A stretch of DNA of 62,987 nt, filler included, from Hyphochytrium catenoides (taxonomy: Eukaryota; Protista; Hyphochytriomycota): NCBI GenBank assembly GCA_900088475.1. It is 8 parts of 8 records of this genome, joined end to end, with 100 filler letters (N's around TTAATTAATTAA, not from the genome) between each part and the next. Parts side by side here need not be neighbours in the genome. Positions count along the whole stretch, not along the records: positions 59,127 to 61,728 come from FLMG01002474.1; positions 61,829 to 62,987 come from FLMG01000221.1; 6 more parts are not named here. One strand, written 5' to 3'. Under the pieces are notes generated by a model. The model saw only the letters and a list, made by a program, of their open reading frames with translations. It searched no databases and was not told the DNA's origin. Of the stretch, positions 59,511-62,987 are shown one piece after another. Position numbers and translations under genes: made by a program. Numbering within the stretch: the stretch's first letter is position 1; each line of letters begins with the position of its first letter.

Positions 59511-62500
59511 ATTTGTTTGATTCCGGCCTGTCAAGGGGCACTTCTCTCGGGCTGTATTTAACGTAGATCAAAGCCGCGGTTGTGTCAGGGAGATAGAGCA
59601 AAAATAATTATGGACGCGTCTTGCCACACGGAGGCTAGTGGCCGATTAGGGAAATAGAGCCGGACCTGTGATGCCTTCGGGCAGTCGTGGGAGAGTGTAT
59701 TACAAAGCTCCTGAGTCTGCGCTGTGCCTTTCGGTGGTAGGCATGCGGAAGCTAGTGTTGCAAGGCTGCTGAATCTCAAAGCGGGACTCATCCTCACTTG
59801 GGGAAAGGTTGGGTACCAGGGCCCTGCGTACTCTGATCGTTCACCTCACGTAACCAACGTAACTCCAGTCGCTGGATATTTCTACATATTGATGAGGGCA
59901 GGCTGGGTCAATCCTTTAGAGTTTGCTAGCTGCTCTCTCTATTCCACCATTTACTGCTTATAGGATATAGCTCTGGTGGCAATGTCAACGGGTGCATGCC
60001 CTGATCTACAAGTGCCATTCTATTTCGAGGCACCATATCCTCGCTGGTCCTATTTGCCTCTTGTCAGTACCATCAAGTGAAAGAAGACCAACCTATGCAA
60101 GGAGTCTCCCTTCTCAAGTCTTTGTTGGTCCTTGCTACTACCATTGGCATCCTCGACTCTATTTGTGATGAGAACAATGAGCTGTCGATGGGGTAATGGG
60201 AGTTTCTGCTTCACTGGCTAGGACGGGGGAGGATAACATCCTCTCTACAAATATAAATATACGGGAGGTTACACTACTTACTACACATCACCCGGTGCCA
60301 GCGGTAATAAGTTGGACAGGCAGCGCTGGCGACGCCTTTTGTCTGTATCTTCCACTCCTTGTAACGGCAAGGTTGAAACAAAAGCCCTACTACCATTGCA
60401 CTACTACTAAAGACTCTATTAGGGGGAGCTTTTGATTGCTGTCTTTTCAGTGATGTAGTGATGGGATTGCGCTCATGGTTCACGCTCGGCGTAAGAAAAA
60501 GTGAGATAGTAAGAACATGTGGACGTGAATAAAAGTAGCTGGTACCCTCATAATATAGTAGTACGAGCTGTTAGCATTCTACCTTGGGGGTGCCAAGGTT
60601 CTGATAATAGTCCAGGAGTTGTATGGAGTCCTTTCACGCTCATCCAGGTGCTATTGGTCAGTGTTGAGGTGGCGGTGCTCAGGCTTGCAGAGATAGCACT
60701 CGATAGTTCTCCTACTGTGAGCTTCACCGCCGCTTCCTTCCCTCCTCTTCCTCTTCGAGAGACAGCCTCATCAGGCTAAGAGCTGAATTAGTAAGAGTAT
60801 CAAGTGAGCGTAACTGCTCCATATCAGCGCCCAATTCTTTTATCAAGCTTCCTCCAGTGGGTGATAAAGACAGACAGCTAAAGCGGCTAATCTTCCTTGA
60901 TTATTGTAAACCCTAACGGTAGTTCCTGCTTCCCGTTACCAGCTCCCGAATGTTCGTTTACTTCCGTGATGAACAGTAAAGAAGCGGCAGCTCAGGTCGA
61001 AGCCTCTCGAGCCCAAGCGTACAAGTACTCCTTTTGGGCCTTTACCCTGGGTGACCTTCATCCTTCGTGGAGCTACTGATGACGACGTCCTCCACCTTGA
61101 CAGTAGATGCTCGGTTAGGGCGACCCAGGTGAGATATGAAGGAATGTTATGGCTAGGCCCTACCTTTCTCAGTCAGCCTGCTCTAAAAAAGTTGTGTCGT
61201 CTTTGTCGTCCACTTCTATAGTACTCCGTAAAACCTTATGCCATGATGGTGGTAACGAGTATGCTTTTTTGCTGAACGGGTCCGATTGCCTGCCCAGCGC
61301 CAACAGCAAGGTGCGGTAGCGCAATTGACGAGGTTAATGCACGCTGTGCCAGCGGATCCCCTTCATGATAGATGTGGAGTAGGAGTGTCTCTGTCATCCC
61401 GCTTTAGTTCTATTCTTGGAGGAGCTCCGATCCACGCCCAGCAGTCTACGCACACGTCTCTTGCAGTCGCCTTCTTCTCCCGCGAGCCCTTAAAAATTGA
61501 TGCTGTAGCACGCACTTGGTGTCAGGTGCATTCACTGGGGATCCAAGAGTAGTACTGTACCTTGAACTACGTTTAACATGTAGGGCTTAGATGGACAGCT
61601 ACTACTCTACTGTTTTCCATCATCCCCTGGTGGGATCAATAGAGTCATCATGAATGTCATGCGGTAAAAAAACAAGGAAGTCAATCAATAGGAGGACTGC
61701 TCAAGGCACTGTTGTAGAGTACCGTCTTNNNNNNNNNNNNNNNNNNNNNNNNNNNNNNNNNNNNNNNNNNNNTTAATTAATTAANNNNNNNNNNNNNNNN
61801 NNNNNNNNNNNNNNNNNNNNNNNNNNNNATTTCAGCAATTTGCTGATAGCGTATCGTTTAGCGTACCCCGGTGGAAGTGCTCTAACCCATGTTCTATGAG
61901 TACAACAGTTTCGGCTTACTACTCTATCCCATGAGATTATAAAGAGTAGTGCGTACATTGCCTTGAACTCTCAGTTACTTCATTCCTAAATTTTTTTCGA
62001 GCTTATTATCCTACTCTGAGTACTTTTCCAGCTGTTCCGAGTAGAAGAAGTCTATGACTGAGGAGGAGGATGAGTAGGCCATCATGAGCTAGGAGGTTGG
62101 TGGTTGTTGGCTGTACAACAGAGCTAAATAATGACAGGGTTCTTCAAGACTCTGATATCATTAGTAATAGAAGAAGAAGAAATGAAGGATCTGCAGCTGC
62201 TAGCACCATCATCATCGAATGAACTAAGACGAAGAGGACAAATAAAGAAGAAGAATGACAAGCAAGGAACAAAACAGGAGAAGAGGGAAGAAGCGCTCGT
62301 CTTTCCACTGTTTGTTGTCGTCCCTCCTGGCCCGTTCGGGAGGTTAGGGCAACAGAGTGAAGAAGACTTACTGCAGACTGCGACGATCGCCATTCATAAT
62401 TGACCTTATAAAATGAAGAAGAAGAAGAAGAAAGGCAAGTGTGCGTCTTACATTCTTCTTTTTTGCTCTCCACTTCTCCTCATCAAATCATCACCACCCT

Positions 62501-62987
62501 AACGAGGTCTTTCTTCCTCCACCTCATCTTCCTGTCCTTGTTTCTCATGTCTCTTCTTTCTCATGTCTCTCCTTAACAGCATAATTGGCTACTAATGATA
62601 AAAATCTCTTTATTATCCGCCAGGAGGAGGTTGTTGAAGCAAATCAGCAGCAAGCACCACTCGGTTATATAGTAGTAACAGAAGACGACGACCACTAACT
62701 GATGGAGGAGCGAGAGAGAGAACTATGATGAAGAAGAAGAGAAAGACAGACCGAAATCCTCCGTCCTCCTCATAGCAGGGACAAAGGTCCAGCGCTAGAG
62801 GGAAGAGGTCTGAGTACTACTAAGTAGTCCAGTAGAGCTCGGGATGGCCTGGGCGCGGGTCGGGCGCCGCTGCTGCCTGCATCCATGTTGATGATGATGA
62901 TAATAATAGAGATTCTTCGTGCTGCTGCTGCTGCTGCTGATGCACTGTAAAACGTTTCTCGGGTTTACCCAAAGTTTCTCCCAAGGT

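Overview
Eukaryotic (protist- or fungus-like) genomic DNA made of 8 unplaced contig segments joined by artificial 100-bp spacers (44N-TTAATTAATTAA-44N), so adjacency across spacers is meaningless. It is rich in (CT)n/(GA)n and (CTG)n microsatellites and has short GT-AG introns (59-176 bp). Recognisable genes: mitochondrial YME1/FtsH i-AAA protease, a 5-exon SAM methyltransferase, an intronless PAS-HisKA-HATPase-REC hybrid histidine kinase, tRNA-Gln(CTG), an Hsp12-like protein, a spliced PhnZ/TmpB-like HD protein, two members of an uncharacterised 6-TM-module family, an orphan secreted protein, an APT-repeat mucin-like fragment and an F-box/LRR-like pseudogene. Mobile DNA: at least 8 truncated copies of a CRE-clade (RLE) non-LTR retrotransposon (tandem cluster with telomere-like repeats plus an inverted pair) and two Ty1/copia remnants. 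The most unusual items are a papain-fold polymorphic-toxin-like (Tox-PL) domain behind a signal + transit-like + twin-arginine leader, with a decayed inverted paralogue nearby, and a possible RIP-like CpA>TpA signature in repeats. All family assignments are by eye from motifs; no searches were run and the host could not be identified.
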